A DNA stretch of 64,000 nt from Pseudothermotoga sp. (GTDB taxonomy: Bacteria; Thermotogota; Thermotogae; Thermotogales; DSM-5069). The number at the start of each line of letters is the position of its first letter. Within the stretch, counting starts at the first letter, position 1. Both the position numbers and the translations under genes were made by a program. Of the stretch, positions 1 to 9,193 are shown piece after piece. Location: NCBI GenBank assembly GCA_031962025.1, contig JAVRKW010000002.1. The stretch is one strand, 5' to 3'. The notes below the pieces were generated by a model, which saw only the letters and a list, made by a program, of their open reading frames with translations, did no database searches and was not told where the DNA came from.

Positions 1-813
1 GCAGAGCTTTTCTGAAAGTCCGAGTCTTTTTGCTATCAAGTAAGACAATCGAGCGGCTCTTTCACTGTGACCACTTGTATAAGAATCCTTCAACTCGAGG
101 CTTTTCACTAGCAATGTCAAGTTTTCAAGCTTTGATTGCAGGTATTCATTGCGGTAGACATTTCCAAGCTGGATAACGAGAAAAGCGCCAAATAATATCG
201 GTACAGCTGATAAACCCAGGTAAACATAGAGCACATAGCCAAGGATAATTACAGGCAGTGTGAGAAAAGCATTTACCAGCGGAACCTTCACTGTGAGCAT
301 AAATGTTTTTCCAAAAGGTTGAGGAATAGACAGAGACAAAACTATTGTGAAGAAAAATGAATTCAAAAGCATATACAGCAGAGAGAACAAAGCAACGATC
401 CACATATCTTTTACAATAGACCCTGAAGTGAAAACTCTGAGCATTTCTGATACGATTCCTGTTGACAAACCTATTTGAGCCGTGTTGAAGAGATATTTGT
501 AAATGTCCTTTGTTTTGATGAATATCGCGCCAGAAAGGAGAACGGTCAAGGAAGAGATAATCATAGCTTGAACAGTTGGCAAAAACGCCGCGATGAGAAT
601 ATTTACTATAAGCCCGCCAGTGATTCTTACAATACCCCCGCCTAATTTCGATACTGTGAACCCTACAAGTTCAAAGGCACAACCAAGTATCAGAAACATC
701 AGGAAAGTGCGATTCAGATCACCGATTCCATTTAAAGAAAACGAAAGAACGATGAAAAATACATAAACAGAGAAAAGAAGAATTATATATGCCCTTAAAG
801 ATTTTGACATCAT
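1..813 (-). CDS. Membrane-anchored HD-GYP-type phosphohydrolase (cyclic-dinucleotide phosphodiesterase family); 3' end runs off the window
   Basis: Not in the ORF track because there is no stop in the window. Manual translation from ATG 813 (SD GGAG upstream) gives MMSKSLRAYIILLFSVYVFF..., about 225 aa of hydrophobic helices, then LVKSLELKDSYTSGHSERAARLSYLIAKRLGLSEKLC. That is the typical D-x-Y-T-x-G-H-S-x-R start of an HD-GYP domain. The HD and GYP motifs lie outside the window. Confidence 0.85.
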   Translation of the reverse strand, partial: MMSKSLRAYIILLFSVYVFFIVLSFSLNGIGDLNRTFLMFLILGCAFELVGFTVSKLGGGIVRITGGLIVNILIAAFLPTVQAMIISSLTVLLSGAIFIKTKDIYKYLFNTAQIGLSTGIVSEMLRVFTSGSIVKDMWIVALFSLLYMLLNSFFFTIVLSLSIPQPFGKTFMLTVKVPLVNAFLTLPVIILGYVLYVYLGLSAVPILFGAFLVIQLGNVYRNEYLQSKLENLTLLVKSLELKDSYTSGHSERAARLSYLIAKRLGLSEKLC

Positions 814-855
814 TTATATCAACTCCGCTCTTATACCGGGGTGCTGCTTGCTATA

Positions 856-942
856 TCACCACCACTCAATATTTCCAACTGCAGAAATCAAGAGTGCGAG
901 GAAGCTTCCGGTGAGAATTAATATTTTCCACAGTTTTTTCAC
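856..942 (-). CDS. Unannotated 28-aa small peptide with signal-peptide-like architecture (MKKLWKILILTGSFLALLISAVGNIEWW)
   Basis: GTG at 940-942 with AGGGGGG SD 6 nt upstream and TGA at 856-858. Basic N-terminus, hydrophobic core and short polar tail ending WW. Confidence 0.65.
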   Translation of the reverse strand: MKKLWKILILTGSFLALLISAVGNIEWW

Positions 943-1029
943 AACAATCCCCCCTATATCTCAGATTGAGACTCCGCTTTTGATCTCCGCTCCCCCGCTT
1001 CGCTTTTTAAAGATCGCACCCCGGCAAGA

Positions 1030-1602
1030 TTATGCTAAGTGCTGATTGATTTTTTCTATTATATCGCTTACGCCCTGTTTTGTAACCGCAGAATAAGCAA
1101 TCACATCTGTGCAAAATAATTCTTTGACCACCCCTACTTTCTTCAAAATATCTGTCTTGCTCAGCTTATCTACTTTGCTCAATACGATAAGAACAGGTAC
1201 TTCAAAATACTGACTCCACTCAATGAACATTTTATCACTCTGTTGTGGAAAAAGTCTACTGTCAATCAAAAGTACGCTCAACCTGATTTTATTTTTTCTA
1301 TTTTCAAAATATGTTTCAATTAAATTCTTCCAATAATCCCTTTCGGTTTTGGATGTTTTAGCATATCCATAACCAGGTAAATCTACAAAATAATACTTTT
1401 TATTGACCTCATAAAAATTAATCGATCGTGTCTTGCCTGGTTTTTTACTGACCTTTGCCAGCTGCTTGTTAAATAATACGTTGAGTAAAGTTGATTTTCC
1501 TACATTTGATCTGCCGACAAAACACACTTCACCCAGCAGCGGCTTTGGAAAATCTTTTTCACTATAGGCGCTGATGACAAACTCAACTGTTTTTACAAAC
1601 AT
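1030..1602 (-). CDS. engB: Ribosome biogenesis GTPase EngB/YihA/YsxC
   Basis: [14 protein letters not shown] and SKVDK GTPase motifs; conserved position after lon. Confidence 0.95.
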   Translation of the reverse strand: MFVKTVEFVISAYSEKDFPKPLLGEVCFVGRSNVGKSTLLNVLFNKQLAKVSKKPGKTRSINFYEVNKKYYFVDLPGYGYAKTSKTERDYWKNLIETYFENRKNKIRLSVLLIDSRLFPQQSDKMFIEWSQYFEVPVLIVLSKVDKLSKTDILKKVGVVKELFCTDVIAYSAVTKQGVSDIIEKINQHLA

Positions 1603-3938
1603 ATCTTTTCTACCACCTCATCGATTTTGCTGATGAGAACAAATTCCATCTTTTCCCTGATCTGAGGTGGTATTTTTAGCAGATCTTTCTCGTTGGTTTT
1701 TGGTAGAAGGATTCTGTTTATTCCGTATCTGTGAGCAGCAAGGATTTTTTCCTTTATTCCACCAACGGCAAGAACTTTGCCCCTGAGAGTTATTTCTCCT
1801 GTTATCGCTGAGTCGTTTCTGACCTTTTTGTTTAAAGCTGAAGATATCATCGCCACGGTCATGGTTACACCGGCAGATGGTCCATCTTTTGGGACAGCTC
1901 CTTCAGGGAGGTTTATGTGAATATCACTTTGCTGGAAAAGTTCCTTGCATTGCTCGCCACAGAATGATCTTGCAACGCTCAGTGCGATCCTTGCCGATTC
2001 TTTCATGACTTCTCCAAGTCTTCCGGTGAGGATCAATTCTCCTTTACCCGGCATCATCAAAGTTTCTACGATCATCACTGTTCCACCATACTCAGTCCAG
2101 GCAAGACCATGTACTGCTCCAATTTCGGGTTTTGTGAGTATCACGTCATTTTGGATAATTTCCTGACCCAGATATTGTTCTATATCCCTGCTGTGTATTA
2201 CTATGGATTTTTCACCTTCTTCTATTTTCAGAACAGCCTTTCTCATCAACCTTTGAAGTGATCTTGTGAGCTGTCTCACACCTGCTTCTTTTGTATAAAA
2301 GTGAATGATTTTTCTCACGGCACTCTGTGAAATTTTGAGTTGCTGTTCATCGAGTGCAAATTCTTTCAAGAGTTTTGGTATGACATACGATTTAGCTATC
2401 GCGAGTTTCTCGTGGTCTGTATAACCTTCTAACCAGATAACTTCCATTCTGTCTAACAGAGCAGGTGGAATCGTGTGAGTAACATTCGCAGTTGTTATGA
2501 ACAGGACATTTGACAGATCGAAAGGTATTTCCAGATAATGATCAACAAATTCTTTGTTCTGTTCGGGATCAAGAACTTCAAGCAGTGCGGCGGCTGGGTC
2601 TCCCTGAAAACTCACTGCCAGCTTGTCAATTTCATCGAGCAATAAGACGGGATTTTTGCTCTGCACGTTTCTGATGAGCTGAACAATCCTGCCGGGCATT
2701 GCTCCCACATAGGTTCTCCTGTGTCCCTTGATTTCTGCCTCGTCTCTTAAACCGCCAAGAGACATGTGAGCGAACTTTCTGTCAAGTGCCTGTGCAACAG
2801 CTCTTGCAAGTGAAGTCTTTCCAACACCTGGAGGACCAACAAAGCACAATATGGGAGCTCTCACCGACTTACTTCTCTTTCTCACCGCAAGAAATTCAAG
2901 AATCCTTTCCTTTGCTTCTTCAAGCCCGTAGTGACTTTCTTCGAGAATTTTCTTGGCTTGTTTCATATCCTCTCTGTCCTGGGTTGAATTGTTCCAGGGT
3001 AGGTTAATAAGCCAGTCGACATATGTTCTAACCACAGTCGCCTCAGCCGAATACGGGGACATCTTTTCCAGTCTCTCTATTTCTGACAGAGCCTTTCTTT
3101 TTACGAAATCTGGTAATTGTGATTTTTCAACATTTGCTCGAAGCTGTGTGGTCTCAGAATCCTTTTCACCCAGCTCTTCTGTTATGGCTTTGAGCTTTTC
3201 TCTGAGGAAAAACTCCTTTTGACTTTCCTCTATTCTCTGCTTAACCTTTGTATCAAGTTGCCTTTCTATTTCAAGAATTTCGTTTTCATGCAACAAGATC
3301 TGAAGGAGCTTTTCAAGTCTCCTTGCAGGATGAAGTTCTTCAAGCAACATCTGGCGTTGTTCCAGTGAAATTGGCAGCAAAGAGGCTATGAAATCTGCAA
3401 ATCTACTTGCTTCGGTGGTTTCGGATACGGCAGCCAGTGTTTCATGTGGATATCTCTGTGTATAGAGTGCGTACTTTGAAAAACTTTCCCTGACGCTTCG
3501 AATCAAGGCTTCGATTTTTTTGGTTTTCTTGTAGCTGGTTCTTAGAATTTCAAGCCTTGCAATCATTGGTTCGTACTGAACTATTTCATAAGCTCTTGCC
3601 CTTTCGATTCCTTCAATCAAGACCCTGAAGGTTCCGTCCGGAAGCTGAACGACTTGCAAAACCTTGGAAATCGTGCCGATTTGATAAAGCTGTTCAAAGG
3701 TTGGTTCCTCGACAGATGGATCTCTCTGACTTGTCACAAAAATCAATTGCTGGTATGAATCTATGGAATGTTCAAGAGCCAGTAACGTCTTTTCTCTGGC
3801 AACGTGAACTGGCATAACCGTTTGAGGAAAGATAATCATACCATTTCTCAATGGAAGCAAAGGAAGAACTTTTGGAAGTTCAGGAGTTTGAAGAGATTCC
3901 TTTGCCAGTTTTTCCAACTTCTCAAACTTTTTTTCCAT
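1593..3938 (-). CDS. lon: ATP-dependent Lon protease
   Basis: LON N-domain, Walker A GPPGVGKT, Walker B LLLDEIDK and catalytic PKDGPSAG. Confidence 0.97.
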   Translation of the reverse strand: MEKKFEKLEKLAKESLQTPELPKVLPLLPLRNGMIIFPQTVMPVHVAREKTLLALEHSIDSYQQLIFVTSQRDPSVEEPTFEQLYQIGTISKVLQVVQLPDGTFRVLIEGIERARAYEIVQYEPMIARLEILRTSYKKTKKIEALIRSVRESFSKYALYTQRYPHETLAAVSETTEASRFADFIASLLPISLEQRQMLLEELHPARRLEKLLQILLHENEILEIERQLDTKVKQRIEESQKEFFLREKLKAITEELGEKDSETTQLRANVEKSQLPDFVKRKALSEIERLEKMSPYSAEATVVRTYVDWLINLPWNNSTQDREDMKQAKKILEESHYGLEEAKERILEFLAVRKRSKSVRAPILCFVGPPGVGKTSLARAVAQALDRKFAHMSLGGLRDEAEIKGHRRTYVGAMPGRIVQLIRNVQSKNPVLLLDEIDKLAVSFQGDPAAALLEVLDPEQNKEFVDHYLEIPFDLSNVLFITTANVTHTIPPALLDRMEVIWLEGYTDHEKLAIAKSYVIPKLLKEFALDEQQLKISQSAVRKIIHFYTKEAGVRQLTRSLQRLMRKAVLKIEEGEKSIVIHSRDIEQYLGQEIIQNDVILTKPEIGAVHGLAWTEYGGTVMIVETLMMPGKGELILTGRLGEVMKESARIALSVARSFCGEQCKELFQQSDIHINLPEGAVPKDGPSAGVTMTVAMISSALNKKVRNDSAITGEITLRGKVLAVGGIKEKILAAHRYGINRILLPKTNEKDLLKIPPQIREKMEFVLISKIDEVVEKICL

Positions 3939-4401
3939 TCAACCACCTCGAAACAATTCTCTGAACCAGGTCATTTTTCGATTCCATCTGTATCATCCTA
4001 CCATTTTCGCAAAAGTCAAACAACACCTTTAAGCAGTCCTCAGACCAAAAGCCTTCGAGCCTGTCAGCCCATTCTACTATCAATATTCCATCCTTGTTTT
4101 CGATGATTTCCTCAAGATCCATGGTAAGTTCACTGTCAAAATTCTCCAGACGGTACAGATCTACATGATACACCATTGAGTGCCCTTTATAGACGTTGAT
4201 CAATGAAAAACTCGGACTTCTGACCCGTCCTTTTTCTATTCCAAGACCTTCAGCCATGTCGCTCACGAAAGTAGTTTTCCCAGAACCAAGTTGCCCGTAT
4301 AACAATACTGTCTGTGGGGGTTTCAATTCCTCTGCAACTATCCAAGCCAGTTTAGACATCTGATGCCTTTCAAGACAGCCAAAATCGTATCTCATACTCA
4401 C
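3922..4401 (-). CDS. tsaE: tRNA threonylcarbamoyladenosine biosynthesis ATPase TsaE
   Basis: [22 protein letters not shown] and IVEWA motifs. Confidence 0.93.
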   Translation of the reverse strand: MSMRYDFGCLERHQMSKLAWIVAEELKPPQTVLLYGQLGSGKTTFVSDMAEGLGIEKGRVRSPSFSLINVYKGHSMVYHVDLYRLENFDSELTMDLEEIIENKDGILIVEWADRLEGFWSEDCLKVLFDFCENGRMIQMESKNDLVQRIVSRWLNGKKV

Positions 4402-5159
4402 TGATTTTCTTTGATTGAATTGAGAATATCGATCAATTGGTCGTGGAGCAAGCCATTGCTGAAAAGATAATTTCCGCTTTCAAGAGTTGCTTCTTTTCCG
4501 GATAGATCTGTTATAGTTCCTCCGGCTTCTGGAACGATAACAAATAGTGGAGCCACATCCCAGGGATTGGCTCTTCTTGCCACGAAAAAGTCAAATCTGC
4601 CGCATGCTACATATGCTCCAGCTAATATGGCACTGCCTGTCATTCTCATTCTTCTCACTTTCTTTTCGATGGCGTTTATAAAAGGTCCTGTAAAACCAAC
4701 GTAGAATCCGACATTTCCTATACTGTCTTTCAACTGCGAGTTGGATGAAACACTTATCTTCTCACCATTTACATAGGCTCCCTGATTTTTAACTGCGTAG
4801 TATGTTTCAGATAAAAGAGGATCGTGTGCGACTCCCATGACGACTTTGTTTTTTTCAGCGTAAGCAATTCCTATGGCAAAAGATGGCAAACCATGAACAT
4901 AATTCATTGTACCATCTATGGGATCTATAATCCATATTCTGTCCCCTCTTTCAAAAAGTCCCTCTTCTGCGAAGATTGCATCTTTGGGAAAATGTTCTCT
5001 GATCTGTTGAACTATCATCTGCTGTGCCTGTTTATCACAGTCACTGACAAGGTCCTGAAATGAACTTTTTTCAGTTACATTCAGTGCATGACCCCAGTAC
5101 TGCATCAAATAAAATCCTGTTCTTCTGGCTAATTTTATGGCAAAATCAAGTCTATCCAT
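4398..5159 (-). CDS. suhB: Inositol monophosphatase / fructose-1,6-bisphosphatase family protein
   Basis: AEE, WIIDPIDGTMNY and PWDVA motifs. Confidence 0.9.
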   Translation of the reverse strand: MDRLDFAIKLARRTGFYLMQYWGHALNVTEKSSFQDLVSDCDKQAQQMIVQQIREHFPKDAIFAEEGLFERGDRIWIIDPIDGTMNYVHGLPSFAIGIAYAEKNKVVMGVAHDPLLSETYYAVKNQGAYVNGEKISVSSNSQLKDSIGNVGFYVGFTGPFINAIEKKVRRMRMTGSAILAGAYVACGRFDFFVARRANPWDVAPLFVIVPEAGGTITDLSGKEATLESGNYLFSNGLLHDQLIDILNSIKENQ

Positions 5160-5181
5160 AGTTTAACCTCCCTATGAAATA

Positions 5182-5202
5182 AGGGGTCCCTCGAGGACCC
5201 CT
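5182..5202 (-). terminator. GC-rich hairpin directly 3' of tRNA-Val (terminator or processing stem)
   Basis: AGGGGTCC-ctcga-GGACCCCT inverted repeat with a weak U-tail (TTATTT) on the minus strand. Confidence 0.55.
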
Positions 5203-5203
5203 C

Positions 5204-5278
5204 TGGTGGGTGCGGCAGGGATTGAACCTACGGCCTCTTCCTCGTCAAGGAAGCGCTCTTCCACTGAGCTACGCACCC
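5204..5278 (-). tRNA. tRNA-Val (anticodon GAC), CCA encoded
   Basis: GGGTGCG/CGCACCC acceptor stem, GCTC/GAGC D-stem, CTTCC-TTGACGA-GGAAG anticodon arm, GGTTCAATCCC T-arm and 3' ACCA. Confidence 0.96.
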
Positions 5279-5287
5279 TCAGTTGAG

Positions 5288-5316
5288 ATTTTACCACATC
5301 AATTTCGTAAATTCAA
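5288..5316 (-). promoter_or_regulatory. Sigma-70-type promoter of tRNA-Val
   Basis: TTGAAT-17 nt-TAAAAT with an extended TG, about 10 nt upstream of the tRNA 5' end. Confidence 0.65.
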
Positions 5317-5902
5317 GATCCTTTTGATCGTACATTTCAAAACTCCATCCCAAAGTTCTTAACAGGTTTTTAGAAGTTAGGCTAAACAAACTTTTGGTTT
5401 AATGATAAATCAGGCAAAATTTTGATTTTTCTTTTCAAAATTCTTTTTAGATGCTGGCTTTTGATTTTCACCTGTCTTTGCAAAATCGTATTATATATAA
5501 TGGACAGCGCTGACCGGCCGGTGATCAATCTACACCAACGTATGTTGGGATAGGTCTAATCTTTTGGTTTTTGAACTTCAAGCCAGAATATTCTAAATAG
5601 GTATTTTTCATTTTTAGACAATTTTTCGATGTACATCGGTGAAGGTCAACTATCCCACTGCTTATAGAATAAAAATGGATATTTTTCGATAGGTTCTCTG
5701 ACAAAAGAAAAAACATGTGATAGTGTAAAGTAAAGCAGAATAAGACCTGGAAAAAGTAAAAACATTGAAGAAAAAGTGCATTTTTTCATCTTATAGAAAA
5801 TGGAGTCTTTTGTGCCGAATGTTGATGAAACTACTCAATGAAAGAAAAAAATCGCATTGATGAGCAAAATCAATTTGAAGGATTTTCTTGAATAGAAATT
5901 TT

Positions 5903-5926
5903 AAAAAAGGCGCCACAGGCGCCTTT
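5903..5926 (-). terminator. Intrinsic terminator of the TRAP operon
   Basis: GGCGCC-aca-GGCGCC hairpin with a 6-U tail on the minus strand right after the permease stop. Confidence 0.7.
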
Positions 5927-7779
5927 CATTTTGCTTTTCTCAGAGAAAGCAAAGTGTACAATATAACAAAAGCAATGATGCTGACAATTCTGAGCCAGAA
6001 AATGGGGAATAGTGCGAACACTCCTATAGTACAGTAGAGCGTTCTTATGATTATGTTCAACTTTGTTTTAAAGAAACCTTCTATTGCATAACTAAGTGAA
6101 ATGGCTGAGACAACCCCTGCAACCAGTGAAAATAAATTCTTTATCCAGTTTGCCTGTAACAGAAACCCCGGGTCGTACATGAAGGCAAATGGTATGATCA
6201 TAGCAATGATACCCAATCTGAAGGCTTGATAACCGGTCTTGGAAGGCCCTGCTCCCGAAATAGAGCTTGCTGCATAAGCTGCGAGCGCCACCGGAGGAGT
6301 AATTGCCGAGAACACGGCAAAGTAAAAGACGAACATGTGTGAGGCCAGTGCTTGAAAGCCAAGTTGAATGAGTGCAGGCACAGCCAGAGCCGAAGCAACG
6401 ATATACGCAGCAGTTGTTGGGAGCCCCATGCCCAGAACAATTGCCATGACCATAACCATTATGAGTGCAAGAAATGGTACATTTTGAGAAAGCGAGAAGA
6501 TGAAGCTAACAAGTTTGAAGCCAATGCCAGTCAATGTGACAGCACCTACCACAATACCTGCTGCAGCGCATGCGATGGCAACCACGAAAATGTTCTTGGA
6601 ACCGTCGTAAATAGCGTTGAGGATGCCTTTTGGTCCCATGCGGTACTTTTTGTCAAACAAAGAGACGAACCAGCTTATCATTATGGCTATCATTGCAGCT
6701 TTCATTGGCGTATAGCCTTCTAAGATCATAACAACAAGCGCGGCAATCGGAGCCATCACATAAAGTTTTTTCAAAACCTGCTTAACAGGCGGTATCATCT
6801 CATCTGGAAGACCACTCAATCCAAGCTTTTCAGCTCTTGTATGAACGGACATGAACACATAAAAATAATAAAGTATTGCGGGTATCAGTGCAGCAATCAT
6901 GACTTGCTTGTACGGAATTCCCAGGAAAGAAGCCATGATGAAAGCAGCCGCACCCATGATCGGTGGCATAATCTGACCACCACTGCTTGCCACAGCTTCT
7001 ACTGCTCCAGCAAAGACAGGTGAAAAGCCAAGTTGCTTCATCATTGGTATTGTAAAAGTGCCTGTTGCGTATACATTAGCCACAGCTGATCCTGAGATAC
7101 TTCCGAACAAGCCAGAGCTGACCACAGCTATTTTTGCAGGACCACCAGTTGCTTTACCGGCGAGTGATTTTGACAAGTCCATGAAGTAATCGCCAGCTCC
7201 GCTGTGCTCCAGAAAACCACCGAGGATGAGAAATATCATGACAAAAGTAGCCGAAACACCAATTGGAGTGGAAAAGATGCCTTCACCGGTCAGATAAAGA
7301 TGCTCGATAATTCTGTCGAATGTGACATACATACCTTTGAACTGTCCGGGCAGAAGATGCCCAATGTACATGTAAAGAACAGAAACTGCCGCGACAATTG
7401 TAAGTGCGAGTCCCACGATTCTTCGGGTAGCTTCCAAAATCAGAACAACAAGCAATGTCCCAAGTATGATCTGAGTAATTGTGACTTCATCAACCTGCAC
7501 GATACGGTACAGAATGGTTTCATAATTTATGATTGCATAAAGACATGGAAGAATCGCAAGTACGAAGAGAATCCAGTCATACCAGGGTACTCGGTCCTTG
7601 TGGCTGTTCTTTGTTGCCGGATAAAGGATAAAAGCAAGTGGCAAGGCAAAAATCAGATGGATGTTCCTTTGAAGATAAGCTTCAAACGTGCCAAATAACG
7701 CAGTGTAAATATGGAATGCACCCATGGCAATGAGCGAGAAGAACACAAAATAGTATGTTGGACCTGTTAGCTTTCTCAT
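5926..7779 (-). CDS. TRAP transporter fused 4TM/12TM permease (TAXI type)
   Basis: GGPAKIAVVSS, ASSGGQIMPPIMG, LGMGLPTTAAY and ITPPVA motifs; highly hydrophobic. Confidence 0.93.
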   Translation of the reverse strand: MRKLTGPTYYFVFFSLIAMGAFHIYTALFGTFEAYLQRNIHLIFALPLAFILYPATKNSHKDRVPWYDWILFVLAILPCLYAIINYETILYRIVQVDEVTITQIILGTLLVVLILEATRRIVGLALTIVAAVSVLYMYIGHLLPGQFKGMYVTFDRIIEHLYLTGEGIFSTPIGVSATFVMIFLILGGFLEHSGAGDYFMDLSKSLAGKATGGPAKIAVVSSGLFGSISGSAVANVYATGTFTIPMMKQLGFSPVFAGAVEAVASSGGQIMPPIMGAAAFIMASFLGIPYKQVMIAALIPAILYYFYVFMSVHTRAEKLGLSGLPDEMIPPVKQVLKKLYVMAPIAALVVMILEGYTPMKAAMIAIMISWFVSLFDKKYRMGPKGILNAIYDGSKNIFVVAIACAAAGIVVGAVTLTGIGFKLVSFIFSLSQNVPFLALIMVMVMAIVLGMGLPTTAAYIVASALAVPALIQLGFQALASHMFVFYFAVFSAITPPVALAAYAASSISGAGPSKTGYQAFRLGIIAMIIPFAFMYDPGFLLQANWIKNLFSLVAGVVSAISLSYAIEGFFKTKLNIIIRTLYCTIGVFALFPIFWLRIVSIIAFVILYTLLSLRKAK

Positions 7780-7827
7780 TTATCTCACCTCATAAGAAAG
7801 ATCTTAGGGGGCTTTCGCCCCCATTTA

Positions 7828-8790
7828 CTATTTTTGCTCTGACCAGAACCTCACTGCCCCTGGATGTGCAGGCACATCTTTGCTTATTGCTTCTTGTGGA
7901 TTGAGTTCGGCGAGATCAGTAAAAGCTTTTGCAATTTGATCTTTTTTGTTCCAGAGCGTCTCTGCAAGTTTGTATACGAGATCTTCAGGCAGTTTCTCTC
8001 CGATCACAAGGCAGGTATAATCACCGACTGTTGGAATGGATTCTGTCACACTTTTGTATACACCTGGCTCTATGTAAAATTTTGTTGTACCAATGTATTC
8101 TGCAAGTTTTTGAATCGCTTCCTCATCGACGGGAAGTATAACAACATCTGCTCTGCTCTCTATATCCATGATCACTGAAGCAACACGGCTGATCTGAAAC
8201 GCAAAAATATCCAGATTGTTATCGCACAACAGATTTGCACCGTCAGTGTAAGAAGCAAATTCAACTCTCCCACCCCAGGATTTGATGTCTGACCACTTCA
8301 CACCATAACCTTTTTCGAACAGAGACCTTATGACGAACTCGGAGGCTGTACCGGGTGTGAGGGTGGCAAATCTGACTGGAAGTTTCATTCTAATAACATC
8401 TCCTAATTTTTTGATCCCGTATTTGGTCGCAAAATCTTTTCTCGCAATGAAGTATGCATACTGTCTGTAAAGGTTTGCAAACAGTACAGTACCTTTCACC
8501 GGTTCTTTAAAAGGTTCTATACCTTTCAGTGCCGCGTTGAAAACAGACAGAGTTGTCAATCCTATGTCTGCCTGACCTCTGGAAATAGTTATGATGTTAG
8601 ATGTTCCTCCACCTGTACCACTTGTTGTAGTTATGACAGATTCAGTCCAGATATTTGCAAGTGTCCCTCCAAGCGCAAACCACGTTCCTCCAGACGGTCC
8701 CGAAACGAACCTGAGCTGAGCAGGCCACTGCGCAGCCATGACTGCACTCAACAATACTCCAAGCAAAACGATAGCAAAAGTCCTTCTCAC
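7828..8790 (-). CDS. TAXI family TRAP solute-binding protein
   Basis: GTG 8790 with GGAGGTG SD is preferred over the track start. Signal peptide, SGPSGGTW motif and C-terminal PAHPGA. Confidence 0.9.
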   Translation of the reverse strand: MRRTFAIVLLGVLLSAVMAAQWPAQLRFVSGPSGGTWFALGGTLANIWTESVITTTSGTGGGTSNIITISRGQADIGLTTLSVFNAALKGIEPFKEPVKGTVLFANLYRQYAYFIARKDFATKYGIKKLGDVIRMKLPVRFATLTPGTASEFVIRSLFEKGYGVKWSDIKSWGGRVEFASYTDGANLLCDNNLDIFAFQISRVASVIMDIESRADVVILPVDEEAIQKLAEYIGTTKFYIEPGVYKSVTESIPTVGDYTCLVIGEKLPEDLVYKLAETLWNKKDQIAKAFTDLAELNPQEAISKDVPAHPGAVRFWSEQK

Positions 8791-8932
8791 AATTTCACCT
8801 CCCTGAATGAGTACGAGCCACGGTTTCATTATGCTATAAGGTATAGCTTTGTTCAGATGAATTTCAGAGGGATTTCACTGCAAGGTTGCAATCACAATCT
8901 TTTTTACACTCTGAATTGTTGAAACTTCCCAC

Positions 8933-8962
8933 TTGACATGAGAATAAATTTTCTGGTAGAAT
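8933..8962 (+). promoter_or_regulatory. Sigma-70 promoter for the leader-peptide/ABC operon
   Basis: Perfect TTGACA (8933-8938), 18-nt spacer and TG-n-TAGAAT (-10 at 8957-8962). Confidence 0.75.
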
Positions 8963-8993
8963 ATACCAAACAAAATTTGCCGGAGGATTTTGA

Positions 8994-9104
8994 ATGGAGT
9001 ACAGGACGATTTTGAATCAAAGGGTGGCTCAATTTGCATATGCTTATTGGTGGTTTAGGGGAATGCCCTCTTCCAAGGTTCCCCTAATACCACTTGGTAC
9101 ATAA
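8994..9104 (+). CDS. Aromatic-amino-acid attenuator leader peptide, 36 aa (MEYRTILNQRVAQFAYAYWWFRGMPSSKVPLIPLGT)
   Basis: GGAGG SD 7 nt before ATG 8994. TTT GCA TAT GCT TAT TGG TGG TTT control codons at 9033-9056; TAA at 9102-9104. Confidence 0.85.
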   Translation: MEYRTILNQRVAQFAYAYWWFRGMPSSKVPLIPLGT

Positions 9105-9167
9105 ACAGGGGAATCTGATTAAAAAACACAGGGAAGAGGGCATCCAGAAAGGATGCCCTCTTTTTTT
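9051..9167 (+). terminator. Transcription attenuator: alternative 1:2, antiterminator and terminator hairpins
   Basis: TTAGGGGAA (9055-9063) pairs with TTCCCCTAA (9079-9087). ATGCCCTCTTCC (9063-9074) pairs with GGAAGAGGGCAT (9132-9143). The terminator is GAGGGCATCC-agaaa-GGATGCCCTC plus T7 (9136-9167). Confidence 0.88.
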
Positions 9168-9193
9168 AAAAACTCACTTTTGGGGGTGTTGGT

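Noticed and set aside
146..403. 85-aa minus-strand ORF in the track
   Set aside because: It is an alternative frame inside the real HD-GYP gene (1-813).
848..1045. 65-aa plus-strand ORF
   Set aside because: It has no SD, a TTG start, and is antisense to the better-supported 28-aa ORF and the engB end.
5525..5560. Hairpin resembling a type I-E CRISPR repeat (translates as IPTYVG)
   Set aside because: Single copy with a loose match, no second repeat at spacer distance and no cas genes in the window.
5525..5716. 63-aa minus-strand ORF
   Set aside because: No clear SD and no recognisable motif, in AT-rich intergenic DNA.
8879..8890. Palindrome TGCAA-GG-TTGCA between the divergent TAXI and ABC promoters
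   Set aside because: Too short to distinguish from chance without comparative data.
8963..9193. T-box riboswitch as the explanation for the ABC leader
   Set aside because: No T-box consensus (AAnnnGGGTGGnACCGCG) beside the terminator; the leader peptide and alternative stems explain the region.
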